Positions 8,742-17,688 of a DNA stretch of 64,000 nt are shown here, piece by piece. The position numbers and the translations under genes are program-made. The DNA comes from an uncultured Bacteroidota bacterium. GTDB lineage: Bacteria > Bacteroidota > Ignavibacteria > UBA10030 > UBA6906. The DNA lies in assembly GCA_963700635.1 (NCBI GenBank), contig CAVOYH010000001.1:128001-192000 (forward strand), in the 5' to 3' direction. Below the pieces are notes generated by a model. The model worked only from the letters and a program-made list of their open reading frames with translations. It had not been told where the DNA came from and searched no databases. Within the stretch, counting starts at the first letter, position 1; each line of letters starts with the position of its first letter.

Positions 8742-11700
8742 ATGCGAATCCGCTACTTGTCTCGTGCGGTATCAATCGTGAGCGTGATCCTGCTTTTTGT
8801 TGCCCCGGCTCAAGCTCAACTCGATCATTTTCTCGTCGAGGCTGCGGGTGGTGGATCCATTGGCACCCAGCGTGCCACCGAGTCGTTCTCCGTGAAGATA
8901 ACGGCACAGCGTTCCGACAACTCGACGGACACGGCTTTTACGGGAAAAGTACTAATGACCTCAACCGGAATTCTTACGGCAGGAGGTGATTCCACCGCGG
9001 CGTTCGTCGCGGGCGTGCTCACTTCCCATGCTGTCACGGTGGGCAATACCGGAACATTCACACTGACTGCGACAAGGGATGCTGCCACCGGGACAAGTGT
9101 TTCCTTTCCGGTTGTCGCATTTACGTCGGATGATTTTAACCATTTTAATCTTAAGACAGGCATATGGACGTTCACCGATCCTCTGGGCGATGTAACACTG
9201 GGGTTAACGGGGACGGGCACCTCCAATGCGCGTCTGGCACTTACGGTCCCGGCTGGAGTCGAGCACGATCTCTGGACCGGGAAAAACACCGCGCCCAGGG
9301 TCCTTCAGGATACGGAGAACAGCGACTTTGTTATTCAGACAAAGTTTGATTCAGGTCTTCTTTCCGCATATCAGATTCAAGGGATCATAGTCCAGCAGGA
9401 TCTCAACAACCTGATGCGCATTGATTTGAGCAGCGGAGGGACATACATATACGTGTACGCGGCCAGTACGGCGGACGGGTTTGTCACGCAGCCGACGACA
9501 CAGCTATCCCCTGTGCTTGTTGCGACAAACGGAACCGCACCACTCTGGCTGCGGGTCACGAGGACAGCGAATGATTGGGCGGTTGCCACATCCCTCAACG
9601 GGGTGACCTTTACCACGCACAGCTCGTTTTCTCTTGCGATGACGGTGACCAAAGTCGGTCTGTTTGCAGGCAACGCGCGGGAAGGGATCAGCGCTATTCC
9701 CGGCTTCACCATGCTGGCCGACTATTTCTTTGATAACGCCCTTCCGGTGTCCCCTGAAGATGGCGGCGCCGTGATAGACAACCTTTCGCCGCTGGTGTAC
9801 AACGTTTCTTCACTCGCCGGCGGGACGGCGATCCGGGTGACATGGAAGACCGACGAGCGTTCCAAGAGTCAGCTGGAATACGGTACGACCACCTCATATG
9901 GCGGTGTGGTCATCGACGATACACTGCGCACATCCCATACTCTCCAGATCAACGGACTCGCCAGCTCGACGAACTATCACTTCCGTATCCTCGCCGCAGA
10001 CAGTCTCAACCAGACAACGACCACCGGCGACTATGAAAAGGCCACGGGTGTGCCATCAGTGCCGAACATGACCATCTGGCACGGATTAAATCAGGTATTC
10101 GGCAAAATCGGGACACCACAGCGGTGGGTAAATATTCTCGGAAACGTCACGGATCCAATCGGCATTGACTCCCTCTACTACCGGTTGAACGGCGGGGCGC
10201 CGGTGCTTCTGTCACGCGGGCCGGATCTGCGTCGTTTGCAGAACGCCGGTGACTTCAACATCGATCTGGGATATGCGGCCCTGAATGCAGGGCCGAACAC
10301 GGTCTCCGTGCGCGCCAGGAACCTGTTCGGAGACGTCAAGGATACAACCATTACCGTGTTTGATAGCAGCGGTACCGTTTGGGCCCTGCCATATCGTGCA
10401 GGATGGGGATCTCCGACGAGCCTGAAAGATTCTGTTCAGGTTGTTGATGGAAAATGGGAGATTATTGGAGGAAAGGCGCGGGCAACCGAACGGGGGTACG
10501 ACCGGTGTTTCGCCATCGGTGACACAACGTGGCAGGACTACGTCGTGACCACCAAGCTCACCGTTTACGGGCTTGATTCCAGCTCGACAGGCTTTGATCC
10601 TCCGAGTTCGGGCCCCGCTGTGGGGATCCTCATGCGGTGGACAGGCCACACCACAATGCCGATTGGTGGACAGCCTCTGGCGGGATACCTTCCTCTTGGT
10701 GCGCTGGGCTGGATTCACTGGACAAGTCCATCCTCGAGCAGATGGGAAATCCTCGGAAACAACCTGACCGAGGAAGCCATCGTTTCAAATCCGATCTTAC
10801 AGTTTGGGACCTCGTATTATTTCAAATTCCAGGTGCAGACGATTACCGGTCAGGGTGGGTACTATCGCTTCAAAGTCTGGAAGGCTATTGATCCAGAACC
10901 GGCCGAATGGTTGCTGAATGCACAGGAAGGGCTCACCGATCCGCAGTTCGGGTCGGTGTTGATCGTCGCGCACCATGTCACGGTGGACATTGATGAAGTC
11001 CGTGTCACGGCAATTCCGACCGATGTCAATCCGCCGGTTATCAGTCTGATCGCAAGTGAGACCGCCGCAACATCTGCGTACATTACCTGGAGAACCGACG
11101 AACCTGCGAATGCCCGGGTTGCCTACGGCCTTACCAGTGCGTACGGGGACACCGCAATGGTGGGCACGGCGCTCCGGCTGACTCATGGTGTTCCGATTAC
11201 CGGCCTGAATCCGAATACGACATATCATTACAAGGTTCTCTCTGCAGACGCGACCGGGAATCTGGGAACATCCAGCGATGCGACGTTTATGACCGGGTCT
11301 CCCGCTGTGGCCACGACGCTGCTTACTGACGAACTGAACACGACCTCGCTCAATAGCATGTGGACCTTCACTGCCGGAGTCGGAGATGAAAGTTACTCCA
11401 CTCCGGACACCGTCGTGCAGTTGATCGTTCCGTCCGGCGTGGAGCATGACCTCTGGACATCGGGGTACAGAGTGCCGAGGATCATGCAGAACACAAACAA
11501 TACGGACTTTGAAGTCGAAGTAAAATGGAATTCCGGGATTTACGGCACCTCGTCAGCATACCGGCTGCAGGGGATCGTTGTGGAACAGGATCCCAACGAT
11601 CTGATCCGGTTTGATTTCACTTCAAGCCCGACCGCCATGCGAATTTATGCAGCGGCGTTCAATAACGGGTTTGTCCTGGATTCCATCAAGGCGAAAATTG

Positions 11701-12578
11701 ATTCAGCCATAGCGGGTGCGGGCTCCGCGCCGATATGGCTGAGGGTGAAAAGAGAGGGAAATATCTGGACGCAGTCGTATTCGTATGACGGAACAGACTG
11801 GGTTGTGGCCGGCGTGTTCCATCACGCGCTGACCGTCTCGAAGGTCGGAGTGTTCGCGGGGAATGCAGGGGGGAGCCCACCGCAGCACACCGGCATTGTC
11901 GACTATTTCCGGACAGACGGTGCGACGGTCAACATTCGCGCCCTCTTGCAGGGGCCGTATATGACAACCGGGGATACCATGCGAACAAATCTGACCGCGT
12001 TCCTGCCGAAGAAAAACCCGTATGGCGTAGCCCCCTGGAATTATACGGGGGGAGACAGCGTTCAGACTATACCGTCAGGGGTCGTTGACTGGGTCCTGGT
12101 AAGTCTCAGGACCGGACAGGACGCGACCACCGGCGTGGATACGATTGCGGCGTTTCTGAAGAAGGATGGTTCGGTTGTGGGTCTCGACGGGAACAGTCTT
12201 GTTCGATTCCCGGGTGTGAAGTTCGGCAGCTACTACGTCGTGTTGCGCCACAGGAACCACCTCGCCATCATGTCGGCCAACTCACTCCCCCTCAACGGGT
12301 CGTCTGTGCTTTACGATTTCACGATGGCTCAATCAAAAGCATTTTCGGGAGGGAGTGACGGAATGAAACTGGTGGGATCCAGATACACACTTTTTGCCGG
12401 CAATGGCAACGGCGATGGTGTGGTGAATGCCACCGACCGCAACACTGTCTGGCGGATCCAGAACGGCCTCCTCAACGGATACTATGCCGGCGATTTTAAC
12501 CTGGACGCTGTGGTGAATGCCACAGATAGAAATTTGTTCTGGCGAATCAATAATGGCACGCTGTCACAGGTTCCGTAA
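8742..12578 (+). CDS. Large secreted modular protein: Ig-like, two ConA/DUF1349-like modules, two FN3, lectin-like domain, C-terminal dockerin-like domain; no T9SS type A CTD
   Basis: Signal peptide ending AQA. Duplicated EHDLWT...PR..Q...DF...GIVV.QD...P.WLRV.R...VG.FAGN module. W.TDE...YG.T..YG FN3. Ends GNGNGDGVVNATD...GDFNLDAVVNATD...SQVP. Confidence 0.88.
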   Translation: MRIRYLSRAVSIVSVILLFVAPAQAQLDHFLVEAAGGGSIGTQRATESFSVKITAQRSDNSTDTAFTGKVLMTSTGILTAGGDSTAAFVAGVLTSHAVTVGNTGTFTLTATRDAATGTSVSFPVVAFTSDDFNHFNLKTGIWTFTDPLGDVTLGLTGTGTSNARLALTVPAGVEHDLWTGKNTAPRVLQDTENSDFVIQTKFDSGLLSAYQIQGIIVQQDLNNLMRIDLSSGGTYIYVYAASTADGFVTQPTTQLSPVLVATNGTAPLWLRVTRTANDWAVATSLNGVTFTTHSSFSLAMTVTKVGLFAGNAREGISAIPGFTMLADYFFDNALPVSPEDGGAVIDNLSPLVYNVSSLAGGTAIRVTWKTDERSKSQLEYGTTTSYGGVVIDDTLRTSHTLQINGLASSTNYHFRILAADSLNQTTTTGDYEKATGVPSVPNMTIWHGLNQVFGKIGTPQRWVNILGNVTDPIGIDSLYYRLNGGAPVLLSRGPDLRRLQNAGDFNIDLGYAALNAGPNTVSVRARNLFGDVKDTTITVFDSSGTVWALPYRAGWGSPTSLKDSVQVVDGKWEIIGGKARATERGYDRCFAIGDTTWQDYVVTTKLTVYGLDSSSTGFDPPSSGPAVGILMRWTGHTTMPIGGQPLAGYLPLGALGWIHWTSPSSSRWEILGNNLTEEAIVSNPILQFGTSYYFKFQVQTITGQGGYYRFKVWKAIDPEPAEWLLNAQEGLTDPQFGSVLIVAHHVTVDIDEVRVTAIPTDVNPPVISLIASETAATSAYITWRTDEPANARVAYGLTSAYGDTAMVGTALRLTHGVPITGLNPNTTYHYKVLSADATGNLGTSSDATFMTGSPAVATTLLTDELNTTSLNSMWTFTAGVGDESYSTPDTVVQLIVPSGVEHDLWTSGYRVPRIMQNTNNTDFEVEVKWNSGIYGTSSAYRLQGIVVEQDPNDLIRFDFTSSPTAMRIYAAAFNNGFVLDSIKAKIDSAIAGAGSAPIWLRVKREGNIWTQSYSYDGTDWVVAGVFHHALTVSKVGVFAGNAGGSPPQHTGIVDYFRTDGATVNIRALLQGPYMTTGDTMRTNLTAFLPKKNPYGVAPWNYTGGDSVQTIPSGVVDWVLVSLRTGQDATTGVDTIAAFLKKDGSVVGLDGNSLVRFPGVKFGSYYVVLRHRNHLAIMSANSLPLNGSSVLYDFTMAQSKAFSGGSDGMKLVGSRYTLFAGNGNGDGVVNATDRNTVWRIQNGLLNGYYAGDFNLDAVVNATDRNLFWRINNGTLSQVP

Positions 12579-12629
12579 ACCTGGCGAGACAGAACGAGCA
12601 GAAAAATAATTCATAACCCACTAAACCAC

Positions 12630-13733
12630 ATGAGGTACACAATGTCGCGGTTCTCGAAATGTCTACTCCTTCTGGGCGTGCTTGGGCTCATGGTGCACGC
12701 CGGATTTGCCCAGACCTTCGACCTGCAGTTTGTCGTGATGGAGAACGACGGGACGAATTACGACGTCAAAATCCAGATCAAAGCAAACGGTTCCACGTTT
12801 GCCATGGGTACGAGCAACATGATATTTGAATTTAATGATGCCGCCCTCAGCTCTCCGTCGGTGCTGACAGCACACAATTTCAGCGGGGGAGCGTATCAAT
12901 CTCTTAACATCAACGGGACGGGTAATGCTCGATCCGTGAATATCGAATTGAACAGCGCTGGTACTGGCACGACGGTCTCGACGGGCTACATGGATGTGGC
13001 CACGATCCGGTTCACGACTGTGGACCCCGGAGGGAACTCTGATCTCGTGTGGAATCGTGGAGCATCCGTGATATTCATGGATGATGAGAATACAATCGTA
13101 CCGGCTGGAACATTAAACAACCTGGATACTTCGCCCCTCCCGATCCAGCTTGCGTCTTTCACTGCATCGCTCCCGCAGCAATCCGGTGCCGTTCTGCTGA
13201 TGTGGTCGACGGTCTCGGAGATCGATAACTTCGGTTTTGAGGTTCAGAAGTCGCAGGACAACACGGAAAACTGGCAGACGATCGAAAACAGTTTTGTGCC
13301 GGGCAACGGAACAACCATTGAGCCGCAATCGTACAGCTTCACCGATGCCACCGCCACCCCCGGCGTCTGGTACTACCGGTTGAAACAGATCGACCGGGAC
13401 GGGACTATCCACTACAGCGAAAGTATCCGTCCCGGAGGCGTCACCGGCGTGGATGGCCGTCCGCTCCCGACAAGTTTTGCGCTCGACCAGAACTACCCGA
13501 ATCCGTTTAACCCGGCAACCACAATAGAGTTTGCCGTTCCGAAAGAAACACATGTTACGCTTGAGGTCTATAATCTGCTCGGACAACGGATTGCCATTCT
13601 TGTGGATGACGTCCGGCCCGCCGGTTACTATGCACAACGGTTCGATGCGAGCGCGCTTGGAACCGGACTGTATTTCTACCGCCTCAGCACCGGGGAGGTT
13701 TCCTTCCTGAAGAAAATGCTGTTGGTGAAATAG
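12630..13733 (+). CDS. Secreted protein: cohesin-like domain + LPIQLASF Ig-like domain + T9SS type A CTD
   Basis: Signal peptide ending GFA (alternative start 12642). YDVKIQIK...MGTSNMIFEFNDAAL...VATIRFTT is a cohesin-like pattern. QNYPNPFNPAT...KKMLLVK. Confidence 0.8.
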   Translation: MRYTMSRFSKCLLLLGVLGLMVHAGFAQTFDLQFVVMENDGTNYDVKIQIKANGSTFAMGTSNMIFEFNDAALSSPSVLTAHNFSGGAYQSLNINGTGNARSVNIELNSAGTGTTVSTGYMDVATIRFTTVDPGGNSDLVWNRGASVIFMDDENTIVPAGTLNNLDTSPLPIQLASFTASLPQQSGAVLLMWSTVSEIDNFGFEVQKSQDNTENWQTIENSFVPGNGTTIEPQSYSFTDATATPGVWYYRLKQIDRDGTIHYSESIRPGGVTGVDGRPLPTSFALDQNYPNPFNPATTIEFAVPKETHVTLEVYNLLGQRIAILVDDVRPAGYYAQRFDASALGTGLYFYRLSTGEVSFLKKMLLVK

Positions 13734-13784
13734 TACCCGGGTGACGCAATCGGAGATCTGAAGGAGAAAACGTTTCACGGGACC

Positions 13785-15236
13785 ATGCTGATGGGCGGGG
13801 TGAATATTACACTCCGCCTCATCACGATGGTTTCCAGCGTATTGCTCATGAACGTCCTCGATGTCGATGATTTTGGCATCGTGGGCGCGGCAATGATCGT
13901 GCTCTATACCACGAACCTGTTTGCGGGTCTGGGGCTGAGTTTCGCGCTGATCCAGAGTCAGGCTCCCCGCGGACAGGTGGCCTACCAGTCGTTTGTGGTG
14001 ACCGCGATCGCGGGCACCGTGCTGTGTCTGCTTATCCTCCTCAATGTTCACCCCCTCGCGCTGCTCCTCGGCAAAGGCGCAATTGCGCCGATCCTCGCCT
14101 GGCTGGCTCCCCTGGTGTTTATCGGCGGATTGGCGATGGTTCCGGAAGCTCTTCTGCAGAAACAGATGCTCTTCTCCAGGATCAGCCTGATTGTCATCAT
14201 CACCGAGCTGGTGTATGTGGGGCTCGCCCTTGGCCTGGCGTATACCGGATTCGGGCTCTGGAGCCTCGTGTACGCTGCGCTCACCAAGTCCATTCTCACG
14301 CTCATCCTCGACTGGATACTCACCCCCGGGTGGGAGTGGATCACGCCGGGCCCCTGGGACCGGAAGCTGATGAAGAGGCTTCTCTCTTTCGGTCTGCAAT
14401 CCACCGGTGGCGGTGTGACGACGTATGTGTATTCGTTTATTGACATCTTCACGATCACCCGATGGCTGGGCACGGTGCAGCTCGGCTACTATCAGAAATC
14501 GTTCGACTTCACCAGTCGTACTGTAGACGGACTCAACAACGTCATCAGCGCGGTGTTACTGCCTTCGTATGCTCAGATTCAGTCGGAGCCAGAACGGCTC
14601 TCCCGTGCCTACTTGAAGAGCCTGCGTCTGATCTCGTTCATTATCGTCCCGGTCACGATGGGCATGCTCATCGTGGCGTCGGAGATGGTGGACACCTTTC
14701 TGACGGATCAATGGACTCCCATGGTTGCGCCGTTTCAGGTCCTCTGTGTGGTAGGGCTGGTAAAACCTCTCTCGGCCACCACTTCGGTGCTTTTCACCTC
14801 AACCGGACATCCTGGCTACAACTTCCGCGCCGGTCTGGTGGTGATCATGGCGCTTGTGCCCATGATTGTGCTGCTGCTTCCATACGGCATCGTGGGCGTT
14901 GCGTTGGCCGTTCTTGTGGCCCAGGTGGTTGGATTCGGCTTTAATATGTTCCAGGTGACAAAACTTTTGGACCACACGGCGTCCCGCATGCCGGCCGCGA
15001 TCGCGCCGTCACTCCTCGCCTCCGGTTTGATGATGCTGGTTGTGGTCCTGCTAAAAGCACCCCTGCAATCGCTCGCCGGTGGCGCACATACACCATGGTC
15101 CCTTGGCAGCCTCGTTCTCTTGGGGACGGTCATGTACCTCGTCACGCTTACCCTTTTGCAACGATCCTTTGTGCTGGAGGTTGTTGATCTTGCATTCAAA
15201 CGGTTCCGGTCCAGGGATTCCAAAACTATCAAGTGA
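13785..15236 (+). CDS. Wzx/WzxC-like polysaccharide flippase (true start probably slightly upstream)
   Basis: Many TM segments; DFGIVG, GLSFALIQ, GFGLWSLV, LG...LGYY, LLPSYAQIQ...L...YLK. Confidence 0.9.
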   Translation: MLMGGVNITLRLITMVSSVLLMNVLDVDDFGIVGAAMIVLYTTNLFAGLGLSFALIQSQAPRGQVAYQSFVVTAIAGTVLCLLILLNVHPLALLLGKGAIAPILAWLAPLVFIGGLAMVPEALLQKQMLFSRISLIVIITELVYVGLALGLAYTGFGLWSLVYAALTKSILTLILDWILTPGWEWITPGPWDRKLMKRLLSFGLQSTGGGVTTYVYSFIDIFTITRWLGTVQLGYYQKSFDFTSRTVDGLNNVISAVLLPSYAQIQSEPERLSRAYLKSLRLISFIIVPVTMGMLIVASEMVDTFLTDQWTPMVAPFQVLCVVGLVKPLSATTSVLFTSTGHPGYNFRAGLVVIMALVPMIVLLLPYGIVGVALAVLVAQVVGFGFNMFQVTKLLDHTASRMPAAIAPSLLASGLMMLVVVLLKAPLQSLAGGAHTPWSLGSLVLLGTVMYLVTLTLLQRSFVLEVVDLAFKRFRSRDSKTIK

Positions 15237-15253
15237 GGAAGAGGAATGTTCGC

Positions 15254-16447
15254 ATGAATCAGACATTAAGGAAGAACTGCCCGGGTTGCGGCAAAGACGC
15301 GATGTCCGCTTTTTATGAAATGCGGGGGGTGCCGGTAAACAGCGTCCTCCTTCTTCCAACACGTGAAGAAGCAATGGGATTTCCCAAAGGGGACATTGTG
15401 CTCGGGTTCTGCGGGGAGTGCGGTTTTATCTCGAATCTTGCTTTTGACCCGACAGAGCAGGAATATTCCGCCCGCTATGAAGCGACCCAGGGATATTCCT
15501 CTACGTTCACGTCTTTTCATAAGGGACTGGCGCAACGTCTGATTGATCAGTTTGATCTGCGAAACAAGACGCTCATCGAGATCGGGTGTGACAAGGGTGA
15601 CTTCCTGACTATGTTGTGCGAACTCGGGAACAATACCGGCATTGGATTTGACCCCGCTTATGTCCCCGATCGTATCCCAAGTCCGGCGAGGGACCGGATG
15701 ACATTTATCGCCGACTTCTACGGGGAACAGTACGCGCAGTATGTTGCGGATTTTGTCTGCTGCAAAATGACACTTGAACATATCCCCACCGTCTCGGATT
15801 TTATGAAGACTGTTCGGCGGTCCATCGGCAATCGCTCGGACACCATTGTCTTCTTCCAGATTCCCGAAGTCCGCCGGATTCTCCGTGAAGTTGCATTCTG
15901 GGACATCTATTACGAACATTGTTCGTATTTCAGCATGGGTTCTCTTGCACGTCTTTTCCGCAAGACAGGATTTGACGTCATGGGTCTGGGGATCGAGTAC
16001 GACGATCAGTATCTGATGATCGAGGCCCGCCCGGGCACCGGTAGCGGACTGGCTCCCCTGCAGGAGGAGGATGATCTGGATGCTCTCAGGCAGGATGTCT
16101 CCTTCTTTACCAGCACCCTGGAAACAACGCTGGAGCGATGGCAACGCCGGCTGAGAGACATCAAGGCCGGCGGTCGCCGTGCGGTGATCTGGGGAGGCGG
16201 CTCAAAAGGGGTCGCGTTCCTGACCCGGCTGGATATTATGAACGAAATCCAGTACGCCGTCGACATCAACCCCCATAAATCCGGGACTTTTATGGCCGGC
16301 ACCGGACAGGAGATTGTCAGTCCGGACTTTCTTCGGACGTATCGCCCCGATCTTATCATCGTCATGAATCCGATTTATATTCCCGAAATCACGGCCGAAC
16401 TGACCCGATTGGGAGTGAGCGCCGAAATCCTGCCCATTACGGCGTGA
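15254..16447 (+). CDS. Zn-binding class I SAM methyltransferase, NDP-sugar C-methyltransferase family
   Basis: CPGC...CGEC; IEIGCDKG; LEHIP; IYYEHCSYFS; WGGGSKG; VDINPHKSG. ATG 15254 preferred over the ORF-track start at 15233. Confidence 0.87.
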   Translation: MNQTLRKNCPGCGKDAMSAFYEMRGVPVNSVLLLPTREEAMGFPKGDIVLGFCGECGFISNLAFDPTEQEYSARYEATQGYSSTFTSFHKGLAQRLIDQFDLRNKTLIEIGCDKGDFLTMLCELGNNTGIGFDPAYVPDRIPSPARDRMTFIADFYGEQYAQYVADFVCCKMTLEHIPTVSDFMKTVRRSIGNRSDTIVFFQIPEVRRILREVAFWDIYYEHCSYFSMGSLARLFRKTGFDVMGLGIEYDDQYLMIEARPGTGSGLAPLQEEDDLDALRQDVSFFTSTLETTLERWQRRLRDIKAGGRRAVIWGGGSKGVAFLTRLDIMNEIQYAVDINPHKSGTFMAGTGQEIVSPDFLRTYRPDLIIVMNPIYIPEITAELTRLGVSAEILPITA

Positions 16448-16454
16448 GCATTCC

Positions 16455-17654
16455 ATGACCCAACTTCCTTCCGACCGCCCGATGCCGTGTACTGCCTGTG
16501 GTACCGCGACAGTCAAATCTTTCGTTGAGATCCGGGATGTACCGGTTCACTGTAATCTGCTCTGGCCGACTCATGAATCTGCATTGACTGCTCCCCGGGG
16601 TGATATCACCCTTGGATTCTGCACAACGTGCGGCCACGTCTTCAATACGGCCTTTGATCCGGTTTTGATGGAGTACACTCAGGCCTATGAGAACTCTTTA
16701 CATTTCTCTCCGCGCTTTCAGCAATACGCGGACGCTCTTGCCCGCCGGCTTATTGATCGGTATGGCATCCGGGGAAAAGATGTGATTGATGTGGGTTGCG
16801 GCAAAGGGGATTTCCTTGCGATGGTCTGTGAGCACGGAAACAACCGCGGATTCGGGTTTGATCCGAGTTATGTGCCCGAACACATGGCTCCGGACAAGGC
16901 GGCCAGAATGACGATCATACAGGATTTCTATTCGCCGGAGTACGCCAGCACAAAAGCGGATCTTATCAGTTGCCGGCACGTGCTGGAGCACATCCAGTAT
17001 CCCCGTCAATTCGTCGATAATGTACGGGCAGCGGTGGGTGACAGGCACTCCACCGTGGTGTTCTTCGAGGTCCCCAATGTGCTCTATACGCTGAAGGACC
17101 TTGGCATATGGGACCTTATCTATGAACACTGTTCGTATTTTTCAGTTCCCTCCCTTCGGGAAGTTTTCCGGGCCAGCGGTTTTGCCGTCAAGGAACTTCA
17201 CGAATTATACGAAGGACAATTTCTTGGGATTGACTCTTTTGCCTCTCCTGTATCCCAGCAAGGTCTTGACGACGCCACGCCTGATGATGTGCGCTTGATG
17301 GGAACATTTGTTCAGAGATTTGCGGCGGAGTATGCGGGAAAGGTCGGTGTATGGGGAAAGCGACTCGCACAGTGGAAAGAGAAGAATGCGAAGGTGGCGG
17401 TGTGGGGTGGTGGGTCGAAAGGGGTGACGTTCCTCAATGTGCTTCGCCCGGGACCGACAGTCGGGTGTATGGTTGACATCAATCCCCGCAAACAGGGGAT
17501 GTTCGTTGCCGGAACCGGCCAGCAGATCGTACCTCCCGAATATCTCCAATCCTACAAGCCGGACGTTGTGGTCATCATGAATCCGGTCTATCGCGAGGAA
17601 ATCAACGGCCTGCTTTCAAATATGGGCTTAGCCCCGGCGCTTGAGCTGGCGTGA
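16455..17654 (+). CDS. Second NDP-sugar C-methyltransferase-family paralogue
   Basis: CTAC...CTTC; IDVGCGKG; VLEHI; IYEHCSYFS; WGGGSKG; VDINPRKQG. Confidence 0.88.
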   Translation: MTQLPSDRPMPCTACGTATVKSFVEIRDVPVHCNLLWPTHESALTAPRGDITLGFCTTCGHVFNTAFDPVLMEYTQAYENSLHFSPRFQQYADALARRLIDRYGIRGKDVIDVGCGKGDFLAMVCEHGNNRGFGFDPSYVPEHMAPDKAARMTIIQDFYSPEYASTKADLISCRHVLEHIQYPRQFVDNVRAAVGDRHSTVVFFEVPNVLYTLKDLGIWDLIYEHCSYFSVPSLREVFRASGFAVKELHELYEGQFLGIDSFASPVSQQGLDDATPDDVRLMGTFVQRFAAEYAGKVGVWGKRLAQWKEKNAKVAVWGGGSKGVTFLNVLRPGPTVGCMVDINPRKQGMFVAGTGQQIVPPEYLQSYKPDVVVIMNPVYREEINGLLSNMGLAPALELA

Positions 17655-17688
17655 ACGTTGCCTGAAGCAATGAGCGACCCGGATTGTG

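Noticed and set aside
13731-13785. Stop-codon read-through fusing the cohesin/CTD protein to Wzx (same frame, single TAG)
   Set aside because: A CTD must be C-terminal, and fusing a secreted protein to an inner-membrane flippase is implausible. A non-canonical start explains it better.
13113-14399. 428-aa antisense ORF
   Set aside because: It shadows two well-supported plus-strand genes and has no recognisable motifs; such ORFs are expected at this GC content. The same applies to the many other short overlapping ORFs in the track.
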